From Monocercomonoides exilis PA203 (Eukaryota; Protista; Preaxostyla), in the NCBI GenBank assembly GCA_001643675.2, contig LSRY02000019.1, forward strand, positions 1,532,986 through 1,596,985: a stretch of 64,000 nt of DNA. The letters are read 5' to 3'. Positions within the stretch are counted from its first letter, which is position 1. Each line of letters opens with the position of its first letter. The notes below the pieces were generated by a model, which was not told where the DNA came from, did not search any database, and worked only from the letters and a program-made list of their open reading frames with translations. Position numbers and translations under genes: made by a program. This document shows, one piece after another, positions 13,480 to 27,044 of the stretch.

Positions 13480-14130
13480 AGGAAGATCTCACGTGTTTGA
13501 GTGCTCATTCATTTCGTTCCCTTCAACTATTTCGAATGGCTGATGGATGAACTGTGAAACTGTTCCAACTGCATTAAAAATGCGGAGCATTCAGTTTATT
13601 TTCGTGCTCTGCAGTATCATATGGCGGAGGAATGAGATTTGATCCAAACCAACAAACACCTCCAAGCAACAATCATTATTGTTATTTCTTCTTCTTCCAT
13701 AATTGCAAATGCACAACCACTTCCACTCGCTATGGCCACGATGTGAATTTTTGTGATGGAAACAATCTTTTTTCTTCGAACAATCCGTTTTATGAATCGT
13801 ACACAACGAATACAAATGAGAAGAGAGTGTGCTATTTATATAATACTTTTCAGGAAACACAATAGAAGGACTGGCTGAAGGAAGGGATGAAGGATCGGTA
13901 TGTTGGGGTGAGTGGGGATGATTCGATTGAATTGTGTGGGATGAGTAAGGCAGCTCCGTGCAAGACAGTGGGGCATGCGGTGGAGTCGAGCATGGCGCAG
14001 CTGAGCTCGACAATCACAGTGCTGGGTGGAAGGCCAGTGAGCGAAGGGACAACAATCAGTGTTGGGGAAAAAAAGATTTCTGTTGTTGGGAGAGGGAAAA
14101 CAGTGAGTGTGATTGGGACAAATTCTCTCT
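13480..14130 (+). pseudogene. Captured internal fragment of an expanded, probably surface-associated protein family
   Basis: Reads YGHDVNFCDGNN..NPFYESYTTNTNEKRVCY..*KDWLKEGMKDRYVGVSGDDSIELCGMSKAAPCKTVGHAVESSMAQLSSTITVLGG. In-frame TAG at 13863-13865, truncated at both ends, located inside the TIR element. Confidence 0.6.
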
Positions 14131-15991
14131 CTTTGTTAGCACAACGTAAAGATAAGTTCTTCACTAGGTGTGCTTGTGATATCTGTTGGAGTCAAAATAA
14201 TTATGCTGGCTGGAATAACGGAAAATCCAAGGTCTGAAGAAGGTCATCAAATAAAATCATCCGTATTTGCGCTGGCAATGCCATAGCTGCCAATAACTGC
14301 TATTGAGGCGAAAAATCAAAATTCTGTATCAGCCCCTCGTCTCCATGCTGCACCCCTCACAATCTTCGTTTCTATTGCTCCCATCGCCTTTTCCGATGTT
14401 TGAGTTCACCTAAGCACTGGGATCTAGGAGAAAATTCTTCTGTTGCAAAATATCATCAACTGAGCCCTGCTGAGAAACAAAATGCGACATAAACACCACA
14501 GAATGTTTGACTTTAACGGCTTTATCGAGGGACAAACAAAATGGCACACCTCTATCACATCAGCAGTAAAAAGATTGAAAAAAGAAAAAAAATAGAGCAA
14601 CTCACAGACACACTTGCACATCCAGCTACAGCATTTTGAAGGCGGAGAATGTTGAAGGATGAATAACAAATATTATTCACGTACGGGCACAGCCAGATTT
14701 CCTTAACAACTCAGCAGTTCATCAGCTGTTCCACCTCAAAAATCGAATTTCACACTTCAGAAGGAGCTGTGTTCCATTCCTCCTCAATGAAAAAACAATT
14801 TTTTCAAGACACTTCGTCTTTTAACAAATAATTTTTAAAAACACAATACATTCATTAAACTTTTGTAAATCACTTTTATTAAAAATCACTTCAAAAATGG
14901 TGAAATGGTGGATTTAAAGTTTTCTATTTGAGGTGCTTCTCCAAAATTCAACTTAGAACCTTTGCAAAAGCGTTTATCTGTCAATGAAGTTTAAAAAGGG
15001 ATTTTCTCAATGTGTTTCTCCTGTGTTTTTCGTTTTGTCTTCAGACGCCACGCTGAAACCTGGAAAAAAATAAGACAGTATGACCAAAGAATAAAAAAAA
15101 TGTATAAATGAATTGTTATTGAAGATTTGAAAAAAGATAACTACAAAGTTATTTTAATACAAAAAAATCAAGATGACAGAATTTGAATATAATGAAATCA
15201 TTGTCTCAGAAGTTTTAACTGGCCAATGATGTTACCACGTCTCTTTTCTGTATTCTGTATATCAAATGCCTCTTTGTCCTTGCATTTTTCTTTCCTCCTC
15301 TTCATCTTCCTTCTTCTCTTCTCTTTCAGTTACACTCTATTGTTTCCAAATTCTCTTTCTCCATCTCCATTTCCTTTCTTAAATTTCCAAAAGCTACGTC
15401 CTCCAGCCTATATTTCCTGTTGCGTTAGCGCCTTCATCCACCACCACTCCATGGAGAGAATATTTATCCAATATCTTCTCAACTTTTCTGCTTGTTTCGA
15501 AAGATCTCATCCTGGCCTCAGGTTTGCTTCCAACAGCCCCCAATTTGTCCTTCCATCTTTTATCTCTTATCTTCAATTTTCTATTTCCAACATCTCAGCT
15601 CCAGAACACACACAGCTTTTCATCTATGTCCAATTTCAAAACAAAGATCAAGTGTTCTGGACATATTTATCTTCACGCATTGGTTCTTCATTGTTACCAA
15701 GAATTTTTCTGCTTTATCTCGTCCATTCTTTCCTCTCGCATTTCATTTCAATAAATTCCTCTCATCCATCCTCTTCACATTCTCTCCCAAATTATCTTTT
15801 TCGCTGCTTGCTATCTCCCATCCTATTAAAATCCTTTCTTTCAAAAACAGCGTTAAGTCGATCTTTCATCGTATCTGCTGTTCAACGTGGAATATAAAAA
15901 AGATAATAAAAATCACAATTTGAATTCATTATAAAAATATATTTTTTGAAATCAACAATAGAATTACCTTTGAAAAGTGTTGTTTTCTATA

Positions 15992-16441
15992 CAGTCAAAA
16001 CCGGATATAATCACGTCGAATATAATCACATTCGCCTATAGTCACATTTTTCGATGCACCGACATTTTTTGCTAGTTTTTCATTCATTTTTCATCGCATA
16101 TAATCACAGGGATAATAATATATAATCACATTTTTAATTATAATGGGTGACTTTTTCAATGAAAAATCGATTTTTTGACCAAAAATCTCAAATTTTCGCG
16201 TTTTCAAAAATGTACTCAAATTAGTTAAAATAATATGCATTATCGCAAAAAATTAATTTCGCAAGTGAAAAATGAGTTTTAATGAAGAATTTTCAAAAAT
16301 GAAAAAATCGACCCAAAATTAATTAATTAATTAATTAATTTTTATTATTTTCTGTGTAAAGCAGCATCGTGTATAATCACAATCGGATATAGTCACAAAA
16401 AGTTGTGCAAAAACCGATGTGATTATATCCGGTTTAGACTG
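15992..16441. mobile_element. MITE, Tc1/mariner-pogo type (copy 1), nested in the 208-bp-TIR element
   Basis: TIR CAGTC(A/T)AAACCGGATATAATCAC at both ends, flanked by TA (15990-15991, 16442-16443). Internal repeats of TATAATCAC/TATAGTCAC. Confidence 0.9.
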
Positions 16442-17108
16442 TATTGTACAAAATACAACTACAATTGTGTATGCACAATAAAAAATTTCAAACATTGAAT
16501 CAGCTGAAAATTATCAAATGAAAAATAATACTTGTAAAAATTAACTTGTGAAAACAGCGATAATATAATTTCTTCTCCAATTATTGCATTGAACAGTTGC
16601 TTTGAGCTTTCAAAGTCAAAAATAAAATTTTTAATTCTTTGCGATCAATAGGAAAATATTATGGGTTGAGAAAAAATTGAAAAAATATCATTTTTTTGAT
16701 GGAAGAATTTCGTCTTTTTCCATCAGCAGTTTGCTTGCAATAATTATAAGAATTAATAATATGCTAATAAAAAATTTTTAAAAAGTCTTTCCAAACTGGT
16801 ACAAAATAGACCTATGCCCGCAATATTCATCCACGGCATTGGGTGATTTAAGTTTCATGATTTGTGGAGGGATAGCCAGAGGTCTGGGAAGGAGAGGGAT
16901 GATTGGATTAGCAGAACTGGAGTTGTGAATCGAATGGAACATCAGCACGTTGCGCATTCAGTCCGATTGCAAATGAATACAAATCAGAATTCTCATGGAA
17001 CTTGAATGAAAGGAAAATGAATGTGGAAAAAAAGAAAAAGAAAATAAAAATAAGGTTATCAATATTTATTTTACTTTCTTACTGTTATTTTCTTCTTGTT
17101 TCTTTCTT

Positions 17109-17256
17109 TTGTTTTGTATTGTATTGTATTGTATTGTATTGTATTGTATTGTATTGTATTGTATTGTATTGTTTTGTTTTGTTTTGTTTTGTTTTGTTTT
17201 GTTTTGTTTTGTTTTGTTTTGTTTTGTTTTGTTTTGTTTTGTTTTGTTTTGTTTTT
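17109..17256. repeat. Compound pentanucleotide microsatellite (GTATT)n-(GTTTT)n
   Basis: Directly visible tandem array. Confidence 0.95.
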
Positions 17257-19002
17257 ACAAATTCAAAATTGAAGCATTCTCAAAATATTTCAGTATCAAA
17301 AATCCAGAAGATTATTGATTATTTATTATATTGTGAAATGAGAAAGTATAAAAATCACATTTTTGATCAGCTAATTTCAATGCATTTCCTTAGTCGATCA
17401 TGGAATAATTAGACTGATTTTTGTGTGTGAGAAAATATTTGTTCCCAACTACTTGAAATGATTATGATTCATTGAAACTTGCTATTAATTCTTTATTTCC
17501 TTCTTTTTCCATTTGTTAGAAAAAATCCATTTTTGAAGGCTTATTTACGCTTTGCCAATTTGATTAACTTGTGTTCCTTTCAATCTCTAATTAACGTTCA
17601 TAAAATATTCTAGATATTCATATGTCACATTGAAATGCTATGCTGTTTGTTTTCACTAATCCAAAACAACAAAATAAGTTCGGTTTATCAGCAAGGCATC
17701 AACTAATATGTGTTCGGTCAAGCGGACTCTTCTCATCTGTTAAATGTTGAAATAACAGATTTCTATGAAATGATTAATAACCTTATTTAATGATTAAATC
17801 ATATTGTGAGTGAATCCAGAATATTCTAAATTCCATAAACGGTGAATAAGAAATACAAAACAAAAACGCTCAAAACCTTTGTTTTCTTGTTATCTCTTCA
17901 TTCGTTTCATTTTCTTATTCAAATGATAGATTCATCACCTTTTTCACTTTTATCAACAACTCATACATTCTTTTTCTGCCATTCTTTCAAATTTCGAAAT
18001 TTTCTCTTTCATATTCAATATTTCTCTTGAAAGATCTATTTATTGAAAAAAATAAAAATAATTCTTCTTTCTTTTCAATAAACTCTTCAGTATTCAAACA
18101 CAGAAAAGCAAATGATTTGGACAAACCAATTATTGCATTTTTAACAAGAAATCCTTGCTGAATCCAAATGCTCTATGTCAATTTCGCTTTTCGCATCCTC
18201 AGCAACCACAGAAATGATGGTTTCTTTTTATCGTTCAAATGAATGACTTGAAGAAAAATATTTTCTGAAATACAATATTTAGAAAAAAATTTAATATATA
18301 TCATATTTGATCAAAGCCAAAAATAAATGAAAAAAAAAATTTAAAAACATCAAAATGAATAGGAAATGAAAAGAAAATACCAAAAACAACATATTGAATT
18401 CGATTAAAATAGAAAAACATTGTTGATTTGTTGCAAAATTCAAGGACCGAAAAATTGTATGATTTCAAAAATAATGACCCATATATTCGGATAAACTTGA
18501 ATAATCTCATTTTTCCGAGTTTCATTGAAAAGAAAATACTATATTTTTTATTTATATCTATTAGCTTGATGATTATTAAAAACAATTCATATATAGGTTA
18601 CTCTTTTTGAAAAGCCACAAATGTTCTTTATCTGGATTTATATAAAAATACACATTATTTGATCAGTTTTTTCAACCAATCCTTCAAGCTTCAATGCTTA
18701 TTTAAGGAATTTATTCAAACCTATTTAATGTTAGAATAAGTACATCCTGGAAAAGTTTGATTGATTTGAAGCAAAAATTGTTCAAATAAGGTGTGCTTTT
18801 ATTTAACACACATATTACACATTTGTCACTTTTCGAAAAGAGTTTCACTTTCATAAAAACAAATTGAGGGAATAACTGGGAATTTTGGTTGTAAAACAAT
18901 CATAGGTGAAAAGATACTCAACCGACACAATTGATCTTGATAATAATTACTCAGATTAAGGATCATTATTATTTTATTTGCAAATGGGTGATTATTTTTA
19001 TA

Positions 19003-19454
19003 CAGTCTAAACCGGATATAATCACATCGGTTTTTGCACAACTTTTTGTGACTATATCCGATAGTGATTATACATGATGATTTTTTACACAGAAAAAAAT
19101 AAAAATTAATTTTAATAATAATAAATTTTGGGTCGATTTTTATATTTTTGGAAATTCTTCATAAAAACGCATTTTTCACATGCGAAATTAATTTTTTTCG
19201 TAAATACATATTATTTTGACTTATTTGAGCACATTTTTGAAAAAGCGAAATATTGAGATTTTTGATCAAAAAATCGATTTTTCAATGAAAAATCCACACA
19301 TAATGAAAAAAATTGTGATTATATATTTTCTTCCCTGTGATTATGTGCAATGAAAAATGAATGAAAAACAAGCAAAAAATGTCGGTGCATGGAAAATTGT
19401 GACTATATATACGAATGTGATTATATTCGATGTGATTATATCCGGTTTAGACTG
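19003..19454. mobile_element. MITE, Tc1/mariner-pogo type (copy 2, inverted relative to copy 1)
   Basis: TA|CAGTCTAAACCGGATATAATCAC ... GTGATTATATCCGGTTTAGACTG|TA. The interior aligns by eye, with many substitutions, to the reverse complement of 15992-16441. Confidence 0.9.
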
Positions 19455-20795
19455 TAATCGAATAATTTCATTCAAACATTTCGGTGCAATAATATTTCTT
19501 GAATATCAATAAACAAAAATTGAAAAGTGAAAAGGCTTATTTAATTCATTTAAATCTTTGATTCGGAAAAACCATCAGTTTTAAAAAACAATTATGATGC
19601 TTTTTCTCTTTTGAATTTAATTTTTTCTTTCAAAAAACTGACAATCTTTGATAAAAAAAAAAAAGACACAATTTTTAAAATGATCACACATATGATCGAA
19701 TGTGCATGGTCGCAATTTTGAAAATTTATATTAACAACAGAAATACGAGATCGGTTCATAGATGACAGGATTGCAGAATTCATTTTTCTCAAAAGAATGA
19801 ATCTGGATTTCAACGTAATTTTTTCAAAAATATTAATTGTTTAAAAAAAAATTATAAAACCCTTAATGAAAAAAAGATAATAGTGATTCTAAAAATTCAG
19901 GTGAGGAATCAAGTTCAGATGAATTATATGTTGTTGAGGACCCTATTTATTATGATTCTGAATCAAAAGAAACTGAAGACTGAACAAGTGCATCCGAATA
20001 TAAAGATCACAAATAGAAATTTTAAATTGTATCTTTTTTTGAATAACGTTTCAATTTATCAAATAACGACAAAAAAACATTTTCTCTCATCAATATTTTT
20101 TTTATTTTAATGTCTTTTATCAAAATACTCAAAAATGCGTTTATTAAAAGTTGTCGGTTGAGTCCACTCTTTCCCAATCATCAATGGTTGTTGAGAAAAT
20201 GCAACTGTTCACAGTTATTGAAAGTGTCCACCATCACTGGTACTAACTTTACCAAAATAAAAGCAAACCTTTTTTATATGAGTTCAAACAGAACGGTTTT
20301 TTGGAATGGATAAAAATCTCATATTTCTGTTCGAATTTTTATTTTGGTTCACCTAATTTTACAGGAATTGACAATTATTCGTGCCAATGTTATTCAAATG
20401 TTCATTGTGAAAGAGAAAAGTTTGAAACAAAAACGAACCTGAATGCAAAATTTATCATTTCACATGAAAAGAAAACAACTGTGATTTTTCAACAAAAATT
20501 GGCCATTATAATTTTTAACTTGGGTGAGTTTTTTTGAAAAGTCGCAAATGCTTAATTAACAAATAAAAAAATTTTTTTCTAATTTGCTCAAATTATCGTT
20601 TCCACTTTAAATCTTCTTAAGAATGTGTGAAATAACATTATCCAGAAATAGATTCCATATTAGAGAAGTTTGTTGCATGTTAACAAAACATTTGACCAAA
20701 ATATGAAATTTTTGATTTATTCGAAAATTAAACATTTGCGACTTTTCAAAAAGAATTTCCCACTTTGAAATAAAAAACCAAAAAATTCATAAACG

Positions 20796-20831
<36 letters not shown>

Positions 20832-21574
20832 TCAACGCTTTTTTTTCGTTCCAGAACAGAAGCGTCAAAGTCAAATACAAAAAAGAAAAGGAAAATCAAT
20901 AAATAATAAAATGGAAAAAATAGAACGAATTGAAAAGAAAACAGTCTTTTGAAATCTTTAAGTGTTGTTGGTTGATTTGATGTATTGTTTTGAAAAAGTT
21001 GATCTCTTACAATGGCTTAAATTTGTTCATTAAAGAACATGTAAAGAAAGTTTTTGTTCAAATTTTAATAAAAGATATCAGAAATGGATAGATTTCATTT
21101 CGATTGAAATAAAGAAGGAATACTCATAATACCATTATTCAAAAAAAAAAAAAAAATAAAAAAAATAAACGGTAATTAATCCATTGCAAAAGCAAACCCA
21201 ACATATGAAGAATGCTGAAAGCTATTTCAAAAATACAAAATAATTGCAAAATCTATATTTATACAATTTGTCACATTCAATAGCTAGCAAGAAGTTTTTT
21301 ATCTTTCGAGCATGCTCTCTAAAAATTATGCTTTATATTTTGAAAATGCAACTCATTTTCATTCTTTCACAATACTAATGTGAAATCAAAAAGTAAAGCC
21401 CTACTACAGCTGAATGATTTGCAAGACTTGAAATTAATCTTCTTTCCCGACATACATAACAAATCAAAATGAGAAGATGATTTCATTTTGCATCATATCT
21501 GAATTGAATCCAGCTTACTAAAAATGTGAAAATCTAACATAATTTTTGTTTCATTCTAAGAATAAATCAGCTTT

Positions 21575-22549
21575 TCAAAAAAACAAACCATTGTCCTGAT
21601 TTTCTTTCAGTTGTTTCTCTTTTGACAAATAATCCATTCGCTTATGTATTTGCCCTTTTTGATCTTTTTCATTCTTTGAAATGCAAGCAGATGTAAGTTC
21701 ATTTGCCCATTCATCACATTCATGTTTTAGAGAACTAACATCATCATGAGGAAGCGAAAAAATTGTTGGTGATACGGGTAACAAAGATGAATGTAATGGA
21801 ATTCCAACAGAAGGAAAAACAAATGGAAGAATGGCAGATACTGTTTGAGGAGTTGTATCGCTGACACAAATTTGAGATGAAGAATTGGTTATGAATGATG
21901 CATAATTCATAGAAGTCGAAATGGCCTTTGCACAAGAATTTGGAGATGAAATTGGAAATAATAACGAATTTTGAAAGCATGATTGGCCTCCTTCTGTATC
22001 AATTTTGCAATGCTCTTGACTAAAAGATGACAGATGCTCTTTATCATAACAAAATTCAGAAAATCCTTGTTTAATATTAACATAATTTTCTCGCTGAATA
22101 GGCGCTTTTTTAGTACTTTCAAAATGACTCTCTTGAGAATTTTTCGTATTTAAATATGTTGGTATTGATAATGAGCTTTCTTTATTTTTGATTCGCGATA
22201 ATGGTGCCAAAGAAGATAACGTGTTTCTTATTTTCCCTGAAAATTCTTGCTCTTCACTTTTTTCTATTGGAGCAATTTCATCTCCAATTTCTACCAAACA
22301 AGCGTCCAACTCAAAAGAAAGTTGAGTGCCATCAATAACTCCACTAATTGCTTTTCGATTAAATTCTGTTGTTACAACACTGTCAGAATCATCAAATATT
22401 GTAATCTTTCCATTTTTGAAAAACGTGCATTTTCTAGGAAAAAGATACTTCAAAAAAGCAAACAATCATGATGCTTCACACCCTTCAAGCCAATTTTTTG
22501 CCTTTTGCAACTTCCTTGTTGTATACTGACAAAAAAATGACTTTTCCAT
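21575..22549 (-). CDS. DUF2439 (ZGRF1/Mte1 N-terminal) domain protein; 3' end uncertain
   Basis: ATG at 22549 plus one short GT-AG intron gives MEKSFFCQYTTRKLQKAKNWLEG/KCTFFKNGKITIFDD...ELDACLVEIGDE, matching the YT..K.K.W.DG...LVEIGE pattern. Confidence 0.65.
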
Positions 22550-23121
22550 GAAAAACAAACCTATTCAACTCTTTGAAAAAGCTTCTTATTTAATTGAACA
22601 AAATTATTAAAAAATTATGGTGTGAAAATTCGTTTATCATCAACAGCTTTTAAACGTTATTGTTGAAAACAATATACGAACATGTAGTTTTTGACACTAT
22701 TGTTCAATTCTGTTTTTCTTCAACAAATTTCTTTTTTCAGAAAAATTAAAGTCATCATTAAAAATCTTAAATTTTGTGTAAAATACAAAGAATTTCATCA
22801 GTTTTTAATAATTGAAATTTTAATAAACTACAAAAAACATACAGCTTTTTGCAATTTTAAAATGCAATTAAAAAAAAAAAAGAAAAGGAACATTTCAAAC
22901 GTTCAGATTAAAAACTTTAAATGTAAAAGGTTGAAAATTGAACACAAAAAAATCTAAGTTGATTATAAATAATTTTAAGCCCAGCAGTATAACAAAGAGA
23001 TAAGCTATTCTAATGCAATTTCGACTTCGAAAAGATACGCCATTTAAAGACAGATAACAAACAACAGTTATTAAAACTGACAAGAAACAAAAAAAAAAAA
23101 TAGTCTGCTCAAACAAAGCAG

Positions 23122-26100
23122 CTAATTAGTATTTGAACATTTTTCTTTTTGCTTCTTAAATTCCTCATCTTCTACATCCAAATAAGCCCCCAAACAGCTG
23201 AGATTTTCTGTTACAGCTTTTTGTTTGGTAGGAAATCCTAAGCAAGAAAGATCTGCTTCATCTATTTTTTCACTTCCTATCTTTTGCTCGTCTTCTTCGT
23301 CCAAAATGTATAATTCCTGTGTTCTCGAGCAATCTTTTTTGGGAGCACTGAAATTGGAAGGAGAAATAGAAGAGTCGATAGAAAGCTGCTTTAGGCTGGC
23401 GGTTTCGACTTCTTCTTCAGAAAGATACAAATTTTGATAGCTTGTTGAGCATGTGGAAGAGCATTCATCGGAATCAGCATCAGACAAAGAGTGGCTTTTG
23501 GGGTGTGCTGCGGAAGATGAAGAAGAAGAGAAAGAAGGAGAAGGAGAAGGAGAAGGAGAAGGAGAAGGAGAAGAAGAAGAAGATAAAGATAAAGATGATG
23601 AAGAAGATAAAGAGGAGGAAGAAGAAGATGTATAAGATGATAGAAAGGATGTGGAAGGAGAAGAAGTTGGAATGGAAGAAGAAGAAGAAGAAGAAGAATG
23701 AGATGATGATGCAAATGATGATAAACATGAAGGAGAAGTAGAAGTTGGTGATGATGAAGTGCATGAGCCATTCAAGTTAGAAGACGAACAAGTTGGCTTT
23801 GATGAAGCGAGGAGTGCAAATGTGTCTAACAGAGAAGAAGAAGATGGAGAAGAAGAAGAGGAAGAGGAAGAAGAAGAAGAGGAAGAGGAAGAAAGTGATG
23901 ATGATTGAGGAGACAAAGGAGAAGGTGGCGTGTGAGGTGATTGAGGAGACAAAGGAGAAAAAGATGAAGACGACAGCGCAGTTTCAATTGAAGACGAAGA
24001 AAGAGCAGTCCAGTTTGAAAAAGAAGAGCTGCTTGTCTTCTCTTTTTCTGTGTCTGCACTCCCAGAAAGATCTGTCTTATCATCTGAGGCATCTTTTGAG
24101 CTGTTGGAAAAGGCTGGTGAATTCTGCTGGGCAAAAGTGTGTTCAAGGAGAAAGGTGTTGGAAGAGGCAGAGATTGAAGAAATGTTTTGGTTAGAGTGAA
24201 TGTTGGGGGTGATGTTTTGTTGGAAAGGTAATGAAATGGAAGAGAAAGATCTAAAAGGAGGAAAAGATGATGATGATTTTGGAGAAGAAGAAGAGGAGGA
24301 GGAGGAAGAGGAGGAGGAAGAAGAAAATGAAGGTGACATTGAAGCAGATGGTGAAATTGAAGATGGCTGCCAGGGAACTTGAAGTGGCAAATGAAGGAGA
24401 GGCTGCATAGAAGGTGCATATGGAGTGAATGTGGAGGCAGAAGCAGAAGGAAAAGAAGGATAAGAAGAAGCTGACAACAAAGAAGAAGACGCAGGCTGAG
24501 CCAGATTTGGTGTGAAATTAAAAGTTGAAGGTGAAACAACAGTAGAAGAGGAAGAAGTTGTTGAAGTTGTTGAAGAAGGCAAAGAAGAAGAGGAAGCAAA
24601 ATGAGGTGGAGCAGTAGCTGTAAGTGAACTGGAAGAAGAGTTTGAGTAATCAACAGAAAATGGATTGCAACTTTGAGCTTTCTGAAATGGGCTCAAAGGC
24701 GACTGCTGCAGATTAGGGTTGGCAAACAGCTTTGGAGTGAACACGCAGCAGGAAGGGCTGAGAGCAGAAGCAGACTGCTTGGCATTCTCTGTGTGTGCCT
24801 GGAGAGGAGGGGAGGAGCTGCGGGGAGGGAGATTGAAACAAGAATTGGGGTGCAGCTGCTGCGGGGAAAGGATGTTTGTGAAGAGAGGCTGGTTGCGAGA
24901 GGGGGTGTGCTGACGGTCGAAGGAGAGGTCGATAAAAGGATTGCTGTTATTATTATTATTATTGCTGCTGTTGTTGTAGCTGCTGCTGAAGCTGTTGTTG
25001 AGGGACGGGGAATAAGACGACTGAAGTGAATGGTTAGAAAGAGAGGAGAAAGAGGAGCCGGAGGAATTTGTGGCAGAGCTGAAGGAGGAGTGGATGCTGC
25101 TGGCGTAGGAGCGATTAGAGGCGGATGAGAGAGAAGGAGACCGAGAAGACGAAGATACATTAGAAGAGGAGGAGGAAGAAGAAGAGGTTGGAGGAGGTGG
25201 AGAAGAAGAAGAAAGAGGTGGCGGAGAGGAAGAAAATGCTGATGACAAAGAAGAAAAAGAAAAAGGAGGAGGTGAAGTAGAAGAAATGTTGCTTGCTGCT
25301 TTGCTTTCAGACAGCAAAGCAGAAGGAGGTGGTTCGATTTTCTTTATACGCACATGAATAGCGTTGTCTACAGGCGCAGACGCAGACACAGATGCCTGCA
25401 AAAAGGCGAGGTCTGGCAGGCGCCCCAAGAAATAGTCGAGTGCTGCTCTGTCGAGGTATTTGCGGCAGAGAAGAATTGTGCACTCTGATGAAGTGACAAT
25501 GCCACTGGGGTAACTGTTCCATAGAGATGCTATCATCGATTCAGGCATTTTTATGTATCCGTACGGCTGCGTTTCGCCTTTGTCTTGAGGAATAAATATT
25601 TCAAAATTATTCTCAGGAAAGATTTTTGAAAGCAGAGAAGCGACGATTTGCTTCATTTTCTTGAGTTGTTTTATTTCAGGTAAGAAAGGATTAATTAGAA
25701 AACATTGCGTTCCAGGAAGAACAACAATATTTGCCCATCTAACATATCCCTTCAAATAACCTTTTAAATCTTTTCGCGCAAGATCTGCGAATACTCTTTT
25801 TGGAAATTGAACAAATAATTGGGAATAATCAACAGAAACAGCAACTCTTAAATCAAAAGATTGCTTTCTACATTGGGAAAATAAATTAATAAATTATAGC
25901 AAAAGTATAATTTGTTATTTAAAATATATGTTTATTAATTTCAATTTTTCACATACCTACAAATTAAAAAAATTGCTTTGCAATCCAGCACTTTTCTTTC
26001 TGCGCTATAAACGGTAATTGTAGTATTTTGATGTGCAGGATAAACATTGCATTTATTATCGCCTAATTGCTGAACAAAAAAATTGTATCATTTGATTTTG

Positions 26101-26414
26101 TTGGGAAAAAGACATAATTATATATCAAACAATTGTACTTTTTGCGCAAAGCGCTTTTGCACAACTTGAATCATTAAAATATACGAAAGTACTTGATCTT
26201 TTATTATTTGTTTTTCTGCATATATATCTTATTGGTCCAAATTTTGATAATGCCTCAGTTATCTTTTCTTCACTTATTGCCGAAGGAATGTTGTATATTT
26301 TTACACCTTCTTCTAAAATAAAAAATAGAAGGTCAATGCGTATTATATGTGAGGAACTAAAATTAATTACATACCATATTCACCATCATGTGGTGAAAAC
26401 GAAAAAGAGCACAT
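23122..26414 (-). CDS. Multi-exon RRM-type RNA-binding protein with long Ser/Pro-rich low-complexity C-terminus
   Basis: Upstream exon GVKIYNIPSAISEEKITEALSKFGPIRYI...STFVYFNDSSCAKSAL shows the RRM pattern. The 877-aa terminal ORF is 23122-25755. Probable ATG at 26414. Confidence 0.65.
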
Positions 26415-26882
26415 TATCCAAAAATTCCTTATGGGAATTAATCAAAAAAATAAGAAAAAAAATTCGTTGAACTCACGATTTTCCGAGTTTCCAATACAAT
26501 GAAAGAGAATTTGAAGAATTTAAAGAAAATGAATTATCTTTTTTATGAATGAAAGTCTAATCTGGGAGAAGATCTCTTTTTTTCAAATTCAAATCAAAAG
26601 AAAGTAAAAGTGGGATCAATATAAATTCAAAAATTAACTCTTTTCATGACGTGCAAACAAATAAGATTATTTTTCATTGAAATAGATGAAATTGCAACAA
26701 ATTCTGTAATAACAAACGTGAATTATTAAGAAATTCATATCCGTCACAATTTCACTTTTAAATTTATCAAATAAAACATTCATATCCAAAATCATCAAAA
26801 CAACATTCATGAAATGAGTAAAAAGTTAATGAAGTGAAGGAATATTAAGTGGAAGCTAAAACAAGAATCCAGTGAATTGATT

Positions 26883-26990
26883 TCACTCTGTGAAGAATTC
26901 TGCGTCTTCGTCTACTTTTGCTGCTGCTTCTTCAACAGTTTTCTTTTTCATCGTCTTCGGAATTGAGCGGTTCACAACAGGACGTCCAGC

Positions 26991-27044
<54 letters not shown>

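Larger units (their letters stand above)
12970..16818. mobile_element. Non-autonomous DNA transposon (3849 bp) with 208-bp TIRs and 8-bp TSD CGCAATAT (Merlin- or MULE-like), carrying gene fragments
   Basis: 12970-13177 (GGCATAGGTCTATTTTGTACC...) is the reverse complement of 16611-16818. CGCAATAT flanks both ends (12962-12969 and 16819-16826). No recognisable transposase inside. Confidence 0.9.

Noticed and set aside
17002-17412. Cys/Val/Leu/Phe repeat ORFs
   Set aside because: Translation of a pentanucleotide microsatellite.
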